From Planctomycetota bacterium (GTDB lineage: Bacteria > Planctomycetota > PLA2 > JAEUHO01): 64,000 nt of DNA. Location of the stretch: contig JASJAY010000001.1 in NCBI GenBank assembly GCA_030066775.1, forward strand, positions 4,612 through 68,611, read 5' to 3'. Positions 1-11,077 of this stretch are shown one piece after another. Within the stretch, counting starts at the first letter, position 1. Each line of letters begins with the position of its first letter. The position numbers were made by a program, and so were the translations under genes. The notes below the pieces were generated by a model, which saw nothing but the letters and a program-made list of their open reading frames with translations, was not told where the DNA came from and ran no database searches.

Positions 1-717
1 CGAGCTCGGTGTACACGGCGTTCAGGTTCACGCGCAGCTCGCCGCCCTCGGGCGCCGGATGGGCCTGGACGCGGGCAACGAGTCCGGCGTTGCTCACGAG
101 AACGATCGGATCGGAGATGCTCGCGCCCTTGGCGACCTCGACGTCGTAGTCGCAGACGTAGCTGTGCTGGAACCCCTCCCAGGCCACGGCGCGTTGGCGC
201 GGCAGGGCCGAAAGGGACACCGCGGCCAGCGCGGTGCCCTTCTCCTCGAGCCCGGCGTCGGCGGCCGGCACGACCCGCACGTCGATCGACATCGGCGTCA
301 GCGCGTCGCGCTCGATCTTCGCGAGGTACACCCCGATCTGGTCGTGGTGGGCACGCGGGCAGCGCGCCACGAGACGGGACTCGCCGATGGTCAGGATGTC
401 GGCCCCGTCCGTCTCCTCCCACATGGCCGGGTCGACGGACTGCTTGATCAGCTCGATCAGCTCGTCGGCCGTGCCGTACGGATAGAACGGCTCCTCCGCC
501 TCGATGCCGAAGAGCGGAGACTCCTCGTTGCTCACGCCGTCGAACTCGGAGGGCGCGGTGGGACGGATCCAGTCCTGGATGCCGTGGGTCAGGGCGCCGA
601 TCTCGTACAGCCGCGTCGTGAGCGGGCCGCGGCTGCGCTCCTCGTCCGCGCCACCGGGAGGCGCGGCCATCGGCAGAAGCAGAAGGAGGGCGATGAGCAA
701 GGCGAAGTGGCGTCGCA
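1..717 (-). CDS. secreted hypothetical protein (partial; C-terminus lies beyond window start)
   Basis: Reverse-strand frame is open from position 1 to ATG at 717-715. It is absent from the ORF track because it runs off the edge. N-terminus MRRHFALLIALLLLLPMAAPPGGADEE is signal-peptide-like. G/C third-position bias holds throughout. No family recognised. Confidence 0.6.
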
Positions 718-837
718 TCGAAAGAGTCTCCAGCAGTCGGACGCCGTCCGGTCGGCGCCGCCCCTTGGACGCGATCCTACCGGGATCCGGTCCAACGGTG
801 GGGCGTCCGGACCGCCCGTCGGCTAGGCTTCGCGGCC

Positions 838-1746
838 ATGGACGCCGTGGCCAAGGCCCGCATGCAGATGCTCGGTGCCGCGCTGCTCTTCTCCACGGGC
901 GGCGCGGCGATCAAGGCGTGCGACCTCACGGGCTGGCAGGTGGCGTGCTTCCGGAGCGGGGTGGGGGCGATCGCCCTGGCGCTCTTCCTGCCCGCATCGC
1001 GGCGGCGCTGGACCTGGCGCACGGGGGTGGTGGCGGTGGCCTACGCCGCGACGCTGATCCTCTACGTGCTCGCCAACAAGCTGACCACGGCGGCGAACGC
1101 GATCTTCCTGCAGTCCACGGCGCCGCTCTACCTGCTGTTGATCGCGCCCTACCTGCTGCGCGAGCCGATCCGGCGCCGCGACCTGTTCTTCATGTGCGCC
1201 CTAGGCGTCGGGCTCGCGCTCTTCTTCGTGGGGATGGAGCCGCCGCAGAAGACGGCGCCCGATCCCTTCCTCGGCAACGTGCTCGGGGCGGCTGCGGCCG
1301 TCACGTGGGCGCTCACGGTGGCCGGGCTGCGCTGGCTCGCCCGCGCGGAGCGGCACCCCGGCGGCTCGCCGTCCGGGGCGGCGGCGGGCGCGGCCGTGGC
1401 GGGCAATGCGCTGGTCTTCCTCGTGGCCCTGCCCTTCGCCCTGCCCGTCGAGCAGTCCACCGTCACGGACTGGGTCTGGATCGCCTACCTGGGCGCGTTC
1501 CAGATCGGCCTGGCCTATCTCTTCATGACGGCGGGCGTGCGCCGCGTGCCCGCGCTCGAGGCCTCGCTGCTCCTGCTCGTGGAGCCCGTGCTCAACACTG
1601 TGTGGGCCTTCCTGGTGCACGGGGAGGTGCCGGCGCCGTGGTCCCTGGTGGGCGCGCTGGTGATCCTCGTCGCCACGGCCGTGCACGCCGTGGCGGCCGC
1701 GCGCGGGGGCTCGGAAAGGCGTCGGCAATCGGCCCCCGAGGCGTAG
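838..1746 (+). CDS. EamA/DMT-family membrane transporter
   Basis: 302-aa ORF starting at ATG 838. About ten hydrophobic helices in two EamA-like halves (LLFSTGGAAIKA..., ...ASLLLLVEPVLNTVWAFLV). Confidence 0.8.
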   Translation: MDAVAKARMQMLGAALLFSTGGAAIKACDLTGWQVACFRSGVGAIALALFLPASRRRWTWRTGVVAVAYAATLILYVLANKLTTAANAIFLQSTAPLYLLLIAPYLLREPIRRRDLFFMCALGVGLALFFVGMEPPQKTAPDPFLGNVLGAAAAVTWALTVAGLRWLARAERHPGGSPSGAAAGAAVAGNALVFLVALPFALPVEQSTVTDWVWIAYLGAFQIGLAYLFMTAGVRRVPALEASLLLLVEPVLNTVWAFLVHGEVPAPWSLVGALVILVATAVHAVAAARGGSERRRQSAPEA

Positions 1747-1775
1747 ATTCAGGCTCCCCCCAGGCAGGAGTGGTC

Positions 1776-3401
<1,626 letters not shown>

Positions 3402-3460
3402 GCCCTACGTCGAAGGCTCGGGTGGAGGGAGGCCGCACCTGCGGCTACCTTGAGGCCTCC

Positions 3461-4879
3461 ATGCGACGCGCGCTTCCCTTGCTTGTGCTCCTGCTCGTTT
3501 TCGCGGGCGGGCTGCCGGCCGCCGCCGAGGACTGGAACGACGCCAAGAGCGCGTTCAAGAAGGCGCTGCGCTCCGAGGACTGGAAGACGCGCGCCACGGC
3601 CTTCGGCGAGCTGGCCTACTACGACGGTACGAAAGCCGTCCAGGAGATCCTCAAGGTCCTCGCCAAGGAGAAGAACGAGGCCGTCGCGCTCGCGGCCGTG
3701 AAGGCCCTGGCGGCCTTCGTCACGGACGAGGCGAAGGCCGAGCTGGAGAAGCAGCTCAAGACGTCCAAGGGCCAGAAGCGGCTCTACATCATGCTCGTCC
3801 TGGAGCAGCAGCCGGGCAACCACGGCAGCTCCATCATGATGGAGTTCCTGGCGGGCGAGAAGGACCTGGCGCTCAAGTGTCAGGCGGCGCTCGTGCTGGC
3901 CAACCGACAGGTCAAGGCCGCGCTCCCGTACTTCTACAACATGTGCTTCCACAAGGACTGGCACGTGCGGTCGGCGGGGGCACGCGCGCTCGAGATCATG
4001 GCCGGCAAGAAGCCGGAGAAGCCGACGGACCCGAAGGAGAAGCCGAAGCCCTGGGTGCCCGAGTGGTATCCGAAGGACAAGGTCGTGGGCGTGCTCATCG
4101 ACGCCTTCGAGCAGGCCGATGGCGCCGAGCGTCGCGCCATGCTCTCCGCCCTCGAGCGCGTGACGAAGCAGCAGTTCGGCTGGGACGTGCCGGCTTGGCG
4201 TGCGCTCCAGAAGGGCACGCCCGTCGAGAAGATCAAGCGCAAGCCCAAGCACCCGCCGTACTTCTTCGGCGTTCCCGTCTGGGGCAAGCGCGTCGCGATC
4301 GTCACGACGATCAACCACCGCATCAGCGAGCCGCACAACTACACCGACAAGAAGCGCCTCCAGGAGCTCTGCGAGGTGCCCGGCGCGCGCAGCGTGGCCT
4401 GGCCGAAGATCAAGACCAACCGCCACTTCATGATGAAGCACATGATCCGCACGGTGCTCGACATGGAGAGCGGTACGAAGTTCAACGTCTACCTGGCCGG
4501 CCAGAAGGTCGAGTCGCTCTTCCCCAAGCTCGTCTCCGCCAACCGCAGCACGAAGAACACCGTCAGCGAGGAGCTCGAGGAGGTGAAGTCCGACGCGGGC
4601 AACGACGCCTACACGTCCCTGATGGAGGCGCTCGACCTCGGCGGGTCCAAGGACAGCGCCGCCTGGAGCAAGGGCCCGGACGAGATCCTCTACGTCTCCT
4701 GCGCGATCCCCTGGCTCGCCGAGGTGACGGATCAGCAGGTGATCGGCGCTTCGGTGGGGCTGAAGGCCCGCCGCCGGATGGTGCCGATCGTGGCCGTGGG
4801 CGTGGGGGAGCACCCCTACGAGCTGATGGAGCTCATGGCCGAGCTCACCGGCGGCCTCTACCGTTCGCTCGAGCGCTGA
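3461..4879 (+). CDS. secreted HEAT-repeat protein with C-terminal vWA-like domain (degenerate MIDAS)
   Basis: ATG 3461 within track ORF 1952..4879. Signal peptide MRRALPLLVLLLVFAGGLPAAAED. HEAT-like helices (DWKTRATAFGEL, DWHVRSAGARALE). The C-terminal half has a vWA-like layout (VAIVTT..., GNDAYTSLMEAL, VPIVAVGVGEH...LTGGLY) but lacks the DxSxS motif. Confidence 0.7.
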   Translation: MRRALPLLVLLLVFAGGLPAAAEDWNDAKSAFKKALRSEDWKTRATAFGELAYYDGTKAVQEILKVLAKEKNEAVALAAVKALAAFVTDEAKAELEKQLKTSKGQKRLYIMLVLEQQPGNHGSSIMMEFLAGEKDLALKCQAALVLANRQVKAALPYFYNMCFHKDWHVRSAGARALEIMAGKKPEKPTDPKEKPKPWVPEWYPKDKVVGVLIDAFEQADGAERRAMLSALERVTKQQFGWDVPAWRALQKGTPVEKIKRKPKHPPYFFGVPVWGKRVAIVTTINHRISEPHNYTDKKRLQELCEVPGARSVAWPKIKTNRHFMMKHMIRTVLDMESGTKFNVYLAGQKVESLFPKLVSANRSTKNTVSEELEEVKSDAGNDAYTSLMEALDLGGSKDSAAWSKGPDEILYVSCAIPWLAEVTDQQVIGASVGLKARRRMVPIVAVGVGEHPYELMELMAELTGGLYRSLER

Positions 4880-4932
4880 CGCGGACCCTCGCCCTGGTAG
4901 AATTGTGGGGTCTACGGTCTGGGAGAAGCCCC

Positions 4933-5940
4933 ATGCTGCGTACGCGCACCCTGCTCGCCCTCTTCGCCCTTCTCATCGCCCTGGCGCCCGCCGCCGTTGC
5001 CGATGACGAGGTCCAGCTCGCCACCGACGAGGAGGCCAAGGAGGCCCTCGCGGTCTTCAAGAAGGAGTACAAGGCCAAGGGCCTCAAGGGCGACGACAAG
5101 CTGATGCAGCGCGACTTCGCCATGAAGAACCTGGTGAAGACGCAGCACAAGATGATCGCCGACGAGCTCGGCAAGCTCGTCAAGAAGAACGACGAGGACA
5201 TCCGCACCCTCGCCGTGATCTACCTCGGCGAGATGCGCGGCGTGCCCGGCACGGCCGGCAAGCACATCGTTGCCGCGATGAAGAAGCACAAGAAGGACAC
5301 GATCTTCCTGATGTCGGCGCTCGACGCGGTCGGCTACCTGCGCTACCTCGGCGCCGGCGACGAGATCGTGGACCTGATGAACCACAAGGACTTCGCGCTG
5401 AAGAAGTACGCCATCCGCTCGGCCGGCTGGATCCAGGACATCCGCTTGATGCCTGCGCTCTTGAAGCTGCTCGGCATCGAGGTCAAGGCGGACAAGGGTG
5501 ACTCCGGCAAGGAAAGCGACAAGGGCGACGGCGGCAAGGAGGCGGAAGTCGAAGAGGGCTACTCCTGGGACGGCGTCGAGGTCAACTACGACACCGGCAC
5601 CCCCGGCGACCACGATCAGAAGATGGCCGAGAAGATCGGCAAGGAGCAGCTCGCCAAGAACAAGGCCGCGGCCGAGGCCAAGGCCGGCAAGAGCGGCGCG
5701 ACGGGCATGGCCGGTGCCTCGACCGGCGGCGCCGGCGGCCCCCGGACGGGCGGCGGCGCGACGAGCCGCACGCTCGAGGAGCTGGCTCCCAACATCCTCA
5801 AGGCGCTCAAGAACATGACCGGCGAGGAGTTCGAGAAGGGCCGCGAGATCAAGCTCTGGCTGCGCGTGAACGGCAAGAAGATCCGCGAGCTCGAGAAGCG
5901 CTACGACCGTCGCGAGAAGGCGCAGCGCAAGGGCGCGTAG
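4933..5940 (+). CDS. secreted HEAT/ARM-like repeat protein with Lys/Gly/Asp-rich linker
   Basis: ATG 4933 within track ORF 3877..5940. Signal peptide MLRTRTLLALFALLIALAPAAVAD. Helical repeats are followed by a low-complexity KADKGDSGKESDKGDGGKE region. Confidence 0.65.
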   Translation: MLRTRTLLALFALLIALAPAAVADDEVQLATDEEAKEALAVFKKEYKAKGLKGDDKLMQRDFAMKNLVKTQHKMIADELGKLVKKNDEDIRTLAVIYLGEMRGVPGTAGKHIVAAMKKHKKDTIFLMSALDAVGYLRYLGAGDEIVDLMNHKDFALKKYAIRSAGWIQDIRLMPALLKLLGIEVKADKGDSGKESDKGDGGKEAEVEEGYSWDGVEVNYDTGTPGDHDQKMAEKIGKEQLAKNKAAAEAKAGKSGATGMAGASTGGAGGPRTGGGATSRTLEELAPNILKALKNMTGEEFEKGREIKLWLRVNGKKIRELEKRYDRREKAQRKGA

Positions 5941-5972
5941 CCTTCACACCGCACACCAGGTCCGAATTGAAG

Positions 5973-6005
5973 CAGGCCGGCATGTACGTGCCGGCCTGTT
6001 TCGTT
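5973..6005. terminator. bidirectional intrinsic-terminator-like hairpin between convergent genes
   Basis: CAGGCCGGCA (5973-5982) pairs with TGCCGGCCTG (5989-5998), followed by TTTCGTT. It sits between the stops at 5940 (+) and 6026 (-). Confidence 0.6.
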
Positions 6006-6025
6006 ATCGGGGAAGGAGCGCGCGC

Positions 6026-7030
6026 CTACTTGTCGCGATAGGGCTTGTGGCAGCGGACGCACAGGTCCTTCACGATCGCCAGCTTCTTGTCCGAGAGGTC
6101 GCGCGATGCCTCGTCACCGTCGATGTACGCCTTGACCGAGGTCTTGAGCTCCTTGACGCCCGTGACCGAATCCGCCATCCACTTGCGGTAGTCCGCGGGA
6201 CGCTTCGACGTGTCGGCCAACGCGTGCATCTGCTCGAACTGCTCGAAGAGCTTCGTCGTCTCGTTGACGGGATCGATGTCGGGGTGCGCCGCGTCGCTCT
6301 TCCAGCCGTTCTTCTTGAGCCACTTCACGTTGTCCCAGGTGCGCGTCATGTCGACCATGCCGGCGCGGAGCCCCGTGATCTCGTGCTTCGAGGGGAAGTC
6401 CCACTCGTACGCCTCGGTCTCCTTCGCCGTGGGCAGCGCGTCATTGGCGATGGACTTGTAGAGGCCGGTGTACTTGGCGGCCGTGCCGCACCACTGGCGC
6501 ATCTCGGCCAGCGCCAGCTCGCGGCTGGCGCCGTCGAGCAGGACGCGGCCCACGGCTGCGGCCGCGGGACCGCGGTGCTTGCCGTGGAAGCAGTGCACGT
6601 AGAAGGGACCCGGCAGCTCGCGGAACGTCTTCGCGATCTGCAGCATCTGCGCCTTCGACAGTCCGCCGTAGCGGATCGGCACGTGGACGTAGCGCATCCC
6701 GAGCTTCTCGGCGAGCTCGACGTTGGGCGCCTTGCCGTCCACGGAGAGGATCGTCTTCGCGCCCATCTTGGCGACGGCTTCGAGCGCCTCGTCCGTCAGC
6801 GGCTCACCGCCAGAGAGGATGTTCTCGGAGAGCTCGAAGACGTTGTGCAGGTCCTCGCGCTCGAAGGGCTCGACCTCGGGCAGCTCCGTGCGGCCGGCCC
6901 AGTCGTAAGCGGGCGTGCTGGACGCCAGCGGGGGCGGGACGGCGCCTGCCTCGGCCACCTGCTCGCTTCCGCACCCGGTCAGCGGGAGGGCCAGGAGGGC
7001 GGCGAGAGCGAGGGGAAGCGTGCGAATCAT
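6026..7030 (-). CDS. lipoprotein fusing a Cys-based (PTP/DSP-like) phosphatase domain to a cytochrome c'-like CXXCH domain
   Basis: Track ORF 6026..7153 trimmed to ATG 7030 with GGAG upstream. Lipobox LPLTGC. P-loop HCFHGKHRG fits HCX5R. The helical C-terminal roughly 130 aa end in CVRCHKPYRDK, a CXXCH placed as in class II cytochromes c. Confidence 0.7.
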   Translation of the reverse strand: MIRTLPLALAALLALPLTGCGSEQVAEAGAVPPPLASSTPAYDWAGRTELPEVEPFEREDLHNVFELSENILSGGEPLTDEALEAVAKMGAKTILSVDGKAPNVELAEKLGMRYVHVPIRYGGLSKAQMLQIAKTFRELPGPFYVHCFHGKHRGPAAAAVGRVLLDGASRELALAEMRQWCGTAAKYTGLYKSIANDALPTAKETEAYEWDFPSKHEITGLRAGMVDMTRTWDNVKWLKKNGWKSDAAHPDIDPVNETTKLFEQFEQMHALADTSKRPADYRKWMADSVTGVKELKTSVKAYIDGDEASRDLSDKKLAIVKDLCVRCHKPYRDK

Positions 7031-7188
7031 GGGGGGAGACTCCTGCGTGCGTGCGTATGGGTGTCGTGAAACGCACACGCCGTACCACGGCCGCGGGCCC
7101 CAATTTCTGGGGCTCGGGGCAGTCGAGTGTAACGCTCGCGCTACACCGGTCACCGTTCCGGAAGGACCCCGGTGTTACCGTCCCGCGC

Positions 7189-8235
7189 GTGCGCCTCGAG
7201 GACCTCGAATACGACCTGCCGCCGGCCTTGATCGCCCAGGAGCCCCCGGCTCGCCGGGGCGACTCGCGCCTGCTCGTCCTGCCCCGCTCCGAGGGCCCGG
7301 TCCGGCACCAGGGCATCGCCGATCTAGGCACCCTGCTGAGCCCCGGCGACCTGTTGGTCGTGAACGACACCCGCGTGCTGGCAGCGCGCCTGGACGCGCG
7401 GCGCGAGACCGGCGGCCGGGTCGAGGTGCTGTTCCTCGAGCCGGTCCCGGGCCTCGAGGGCGTCTGGAGCGCGCTGCTCAAGGCCGGTGGGCGACCCCAG
7501 CCGGGGGAGCGCCTCGAGGTGGGGCTGGACGTGGGAATCCGCCTCGTGGCGCGCGGAGCGGGCGCGACCTGGCATGTGCGCCCCGAGGGCGCCACGGCCG
7601 CCGAGCTGATGGCCACGTACGGGCGCATGCCGCTACCGCCCTACATCGAGCGGAAGGCGGGCGACGAGCGAGCGACCCTGGACGAGCGCCGCTACCAGAC
7701 CGTCTACGCCGCCACGGAGGGCGCCGTTGCGGCCCCGACGGCGGGCCTGCATCTCACGGATGCGATGCTGGCGTCCCTGCGCGAGCTGGGCGTGGAGATC
7801 GCCACGGTCACGCTCCACGTCGGCCTCGGTACGTTCGAGCCCGTCCGCGTCGACGACCTCGACGAGCACGACATGCACGTCGAGCGCTTCGAGCTGCCCG
7901 CGGCCACGGTCGAGGCGGTGCGGCGGGCTCGGGCGCGCGGGGGCCGCGTCGTTGCCGTGGGGACCACCAGCGTGCGCGCGCTCGAGGCCGCGGCCGCGGA
8001 CAGCTCCGATGACCTGCCGCGGGCCGGTGCCTCGACCACCGGGCTGCTCATCCAGCCGGGCTATCGATTCCGCGTCGTGAACAGTCTGCTCACGAACTTC
8101 CACCTGCCGCGCTCCACCCTGCTCGCCCTCGTCTTCGCCTTCGCAACCCGAGCACGCGTGCTCGACGCCTATGCGGAGGCGATTCGTAGCGGCTATCGCT
8201 TCTACAGCTACGGCGACGCCATGCTGCTCCTCTGA
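7189..8235 (+). CDS. queA: S-adenosylmethionine:tRNA ribosyltransferase-isomerase
   Basis: Track ORF 7051..8235 trimmed to GTG 7189 (VRLEDLEYDLPPALIAQEP). Contains MPLPPYIERK and LLTNFHLPRSTLL, both typical of QueA. Confidence 0.9.
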   Translation: MRLEDLEYDLPPALIAQEPPARRGDSRLLVLPRSEGPVRHQGIADLGTLLSPGDLLVVNDTRVLAARLDARRETGGRVEVLFLEPVPGLEGVWSALLKAGGRPQPGERLEVGLDVGIRLVARGAGATWHVRPEGATAAELMATYGRMPLPPYIERKAGDERATLDERRYQTVYAATEGAVAAPTAGLHLTDAMLASLRELGVEIATVTLHVGLGTFEPVRVDDLDEHDMHVERFELPAATVEAVRRARARGGRVVAVGTTSVRALEAAAADSSDDLPRAGASTTGLLIQPGYRFRVVNSLLTNFHLPRSTLLALVFAFATRARVLDAYAEAIRSGYRFYSYGDAMLLL

Positions 8236-8369
8236 CCCTCTCGCTGCGCAGCCGTGCGCAGGCACCCCTCGGAATCGGCCGGGTCGTCCACAATTCGATG
8301 GTTCCGATCCTCTGTATCAATCCAGTCGATAGACTCCCGCGCGAGGGGACGGCAAGGGCAGGGCAGCGG

Positions 8370-9851
8370 ATGACGGACGTCTCCCTCGAACCGGGGCAGG
8401 CCATTGACGCGGTATGGTCGGAGCGCGCGCGCGGGCTCTCGCCCGCCCAGCAGGACGCGCTCCTCGAGCGGGCGGACGCGATCCGCAACGAGCCCGAGGG
8501 TGCCGCGTCGGCGTACGGGTGCTACCTGGCGCTGCAAGAGCGCCTCCACCTCTCTCGGCCGGCGGATGTAGAGCGCACGATCTGGCTCTTCGAGCACATG
8601 GAGGTCGCCGATCCCAGCCTCATGCTCCTCGCTCGCGCTGCCGCCGAGACGACGGCGTGCACGGAGCTCTGGTTCCAGGGGCGGCTGCGGGTCGCGCAGA
8701 TCGAGCGCGAGCAGGGCCACATCCGCGCGGCCGAGAAGCTCCTGTTCGTGCTCCTGGGGGACGTCGCGGGCCAAGACGAGCGCTGGGAGGCGCTCGTGGC
8801 GGCGAACCTGTCGCTCTGCTTGCGACACCTCAACCGCGAGGTCGAGGCGCTCGTCCTCTGCCGGCGAGCCCTGGCCGGATTCGAGCGGCTCGGCGACCGG
8901 CGTCGGGCGATCCGCGTGCGTCAGGTGGTCCAGAACATCCTCATCTCGTTCCATGACTGGCGGCGCTATGAGCGTGAGCGCGAACGGCTCGAGCGCGACA
9001 TCCCCGAGCTCGCCGAAGCGGAACGTCGTCAGGTCGACATGTCGGACCTGATGATGCGCGCCCAGGCCGCCTTCGAGCGCAACGCGTTCGACACGGCGCT
9101 CGTTCACCTCGACGAGGTCGAGGCGCGGTTCTCGCATCGTCGGACTTGGGCCCTCGTGACGCGCGCGTTCGTTCTCGCCGTGATGGGGCGTGGCAGCGAG
9201 GCCCTGGCCGTGCTCGGCGCCGACCCCGCCGAGCACGAGTACGGTCCGCAGTACTCGATTCAGAACGACACCACGCGAGTCCTCTGCGCCCTCCAGAGCC
9301 AGGCGCCCGACGAGGTCGAGAAGACGGCGACCGCGTTCCTGGATCGCCTCGAGGCGGGGACCGAACCGCCGGGCAACCGGATCACCATGCTCCTGCACGT
9401 GGCCCGTGAGCTGGGGCGCCTGGGGGAGCACGGCGCGCTCGCCAAGCGCGCCTACGACCTCGCGGCAGCCGCGATCGTCGAGCGCATCCTCGAGGTCGAT
9501 CGTTTCGCCCGCGAACGGCCTACGCTCATCGAGCTCTCGGCCGAGGAGCGCAGCACGCTCGGCGAGCTGCGTATCCGCCTGCTCGCCCGGCACGAGGAGC
9601 TCATGCGTGCCGTTGGTCGGCTGCTCTTGGAGGCGCGTGCCCGCGGGGAGCCGATGCCCTCGGAGTGGTACGGCAGCGAAGGTCTGCTCTGCGTCTGTGC
9701 CTGGTGCGGGCGCATGAAGCGCGGGGACGACGGCTGGGTGCCGGTGGGGGCGTTCATCCCCGACGACAGCACGCTGCAGCTCACGCACGACATCTGTCCC
9801 GACTGCTATCACGAGCGAGCCCAGAACGGCAACGCCACCAAGTCGTCCTGA
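8370..9851 (+). CDS. hypothetical helical-repeat (TPR-like) protein with C-terminal CxCxxC...CxxC motif
   Basis: Track ORF 8298..9851. ATG 8370 is preferred, but 8298 remains possible. Mostly alpha-helical repeats. The C-terminus reads LLCVCAWCGRMKRGDDGWVPVGAFIPDDSTLQLTHDICPDCY. Confidence 0.6.
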   Translation: MTDVSLEPGQAIDAVWSERARGLSPAQQDALLERADAIRNEPEGAASAYGCYLALQERLHLSRPADVERTIWLFEHMEVADPSLMLLARAAAETTACTELWFQGRLRVAQIEREQGHIRAAEKLLFVLLGDVAGQDERWEALVAANLSLCLRHLNREVEALVLCRRALAGFERLGDRRRAIRVRQVVQNILISFHDWRRYERERERLERDIPELAEAERRQVDMSDLMMRAQAAFERNAFDTALVHLDEVEARFSHRRTWALVTRAFVLAVMGRGSEALAVLGADPAEHEYGPQYSIQNDTTRVLCALQSQAPDEVEKTATAFLDRLEAGTEPPGNRITMLLHVARELGRLGEHGALAKRAYDLAAAAIVERILEVDRFARERPTLIELSAEERSTLGELRIRLLARHEELMRAVGRLLLEARARGEPMPSEWYGSEGLLCVCAWCGRMKRGDDGWVPVGAFIPDDSTLQLTHDICPDCYHERAQNGNATKSS

Positions 9852-9880
9852 GCCGGGCAGCGCGGCGCTACCATGCCGCC

Positions 9881-11008
9881 GTGAACGACGCCCTAGACGT
9901 CCTGAAGCGCGCCGCCGCCAAGCTCGGCTTCGAGGTCGTGGGCGTGACGTCGGCCAGGCCCGTCGAGGCGGCGCTCGCAGCACTCGAGACCTGGAGCGAG
10001 GCCGGCAACGCTGCCGCGCTTGGCTACATGACGCGCAACCCCCCGGAGCGCGCCGATCCTCGCACGTTGCTCGACGGCGTGCGCACGGTGGTCACGGTGG
10101 CCGTCAACTACCACGTCGACGTGCCCGCCTTCGAGCACGAGGCACGCTTCGGTCGCGTGGCGCGATACGCCTGGGGCCTCGACTACCACGACGTCGTGAT
10201 TCCCAGGCTGCGTCAGCTCGCTGACGAGCTCGCCGCGACCTTCGGCGGCAAGGCGCGCGCCGCCTGCGACCACTCCCCGATCCTCGAGCGCGCATTCGCC
10301 GAGCGCGCGGGCCTCGGCTTCTTCGGCAAGAACACCTGCCTGCTCCTCCCGCGCAAGGGGTCGTGGTACTTCCTCGGCGAGGTGCTCCTCGAGGCCGAGC
10401 TGCCCACGACGGACCGCGAGAGCACCGACCACTGCGGCACGTGCACCGACTGCATGCCGGCCTGTCCGACGGACGCGTTCCCCGCGCCCTACGTGCTGGA
10501 TGCACGCCGCTGCATCTCGTACCTGACCATCGAGCACAAGGGCTCCATCCCGCACGACCTGCGTCCGTTGATGGGGGCCTGGGTCTTCGGCTGCGACGAC
10601 TGCCAGGACGTCTGCCCGTTCAACCGCTTCGCCAGCGAAGCCACCTGGCCCGAACTCCATCCCGATCGCGGTGTCGGTCAACGGCTCGACCTCGCCGATG
10701 TGCTCGCCATCGAGACCGACGACGCTTTCCGCGCGCGCTTCCGGAACACCCCGCTCTTGCGTCCCAAGCGTCGGGGCTTGCTCCGGAACGCCGCGATCGC
10801 AGCACGCAACGTCGAAGCCACAGCTGCCATCCCGGCCTTGCGCGCCCGCCTCAGTGATCCAGAGCCGCTGCTTCGCGAGGCGGCCCTATGGGCGCTCGAG
10901 GGACTGACGCCGGACGAAGTCCGAAATCATGCGGATATGCTTCGATCGGACGAAGACGGGGCTGTTGTGGCCGAGGCCGCCCGGATCCTGGGTGGGGGAG
11001 CGGCCTGA
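9881..11008 (+). CDS. queG: epoxyqueuosine reductase
   Basis: GTG 9881 within track ORF 9665..11008. Two 4Fe-4S motifs (CGTCTDCMPACP, CDDCQDVCPFN). C-terminal HEAT-like repeats are typical of QueG. Confidence 0.9.
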   Translation: MNDALDVLKRAAAKLGFEVVGVTSARPVEAALAALETWSEAGNAAALGYMTRNPPERADPRTLLDGVRTVVTVAVNYHVDVPAFEHEARFGRVARYAWGLDYHDVVIPRLRQLADELAATFGGKARAACDHSPILERAFAERAGLGFFGKNTCLLLPRKGSWYFLGEVLLEAELPTTDRESTDHCGTCTDCMPACPTDAFPAPYVLDARRCISYLTIEHKGSIPHDLRPLMGAWVFGCDDCQDVCPFNRFASEATWPELHPDRGVGQRLDLADVLAIETDDAFRARFRNTPLLRPKRRGLLRNAAIAARNVEATAAIPALRARLSDPEPLLREAALWALEGLTPDEVRNHADMLRSDEDGAVVAEAARILGGGAA

Positions 11009-11077
11009 GCCGCCCTCACGGGAATCCGTCCGCCTCACGCCCCTCCTGAGTAGACTTTGCGTCCCCATCTCTAGCGT

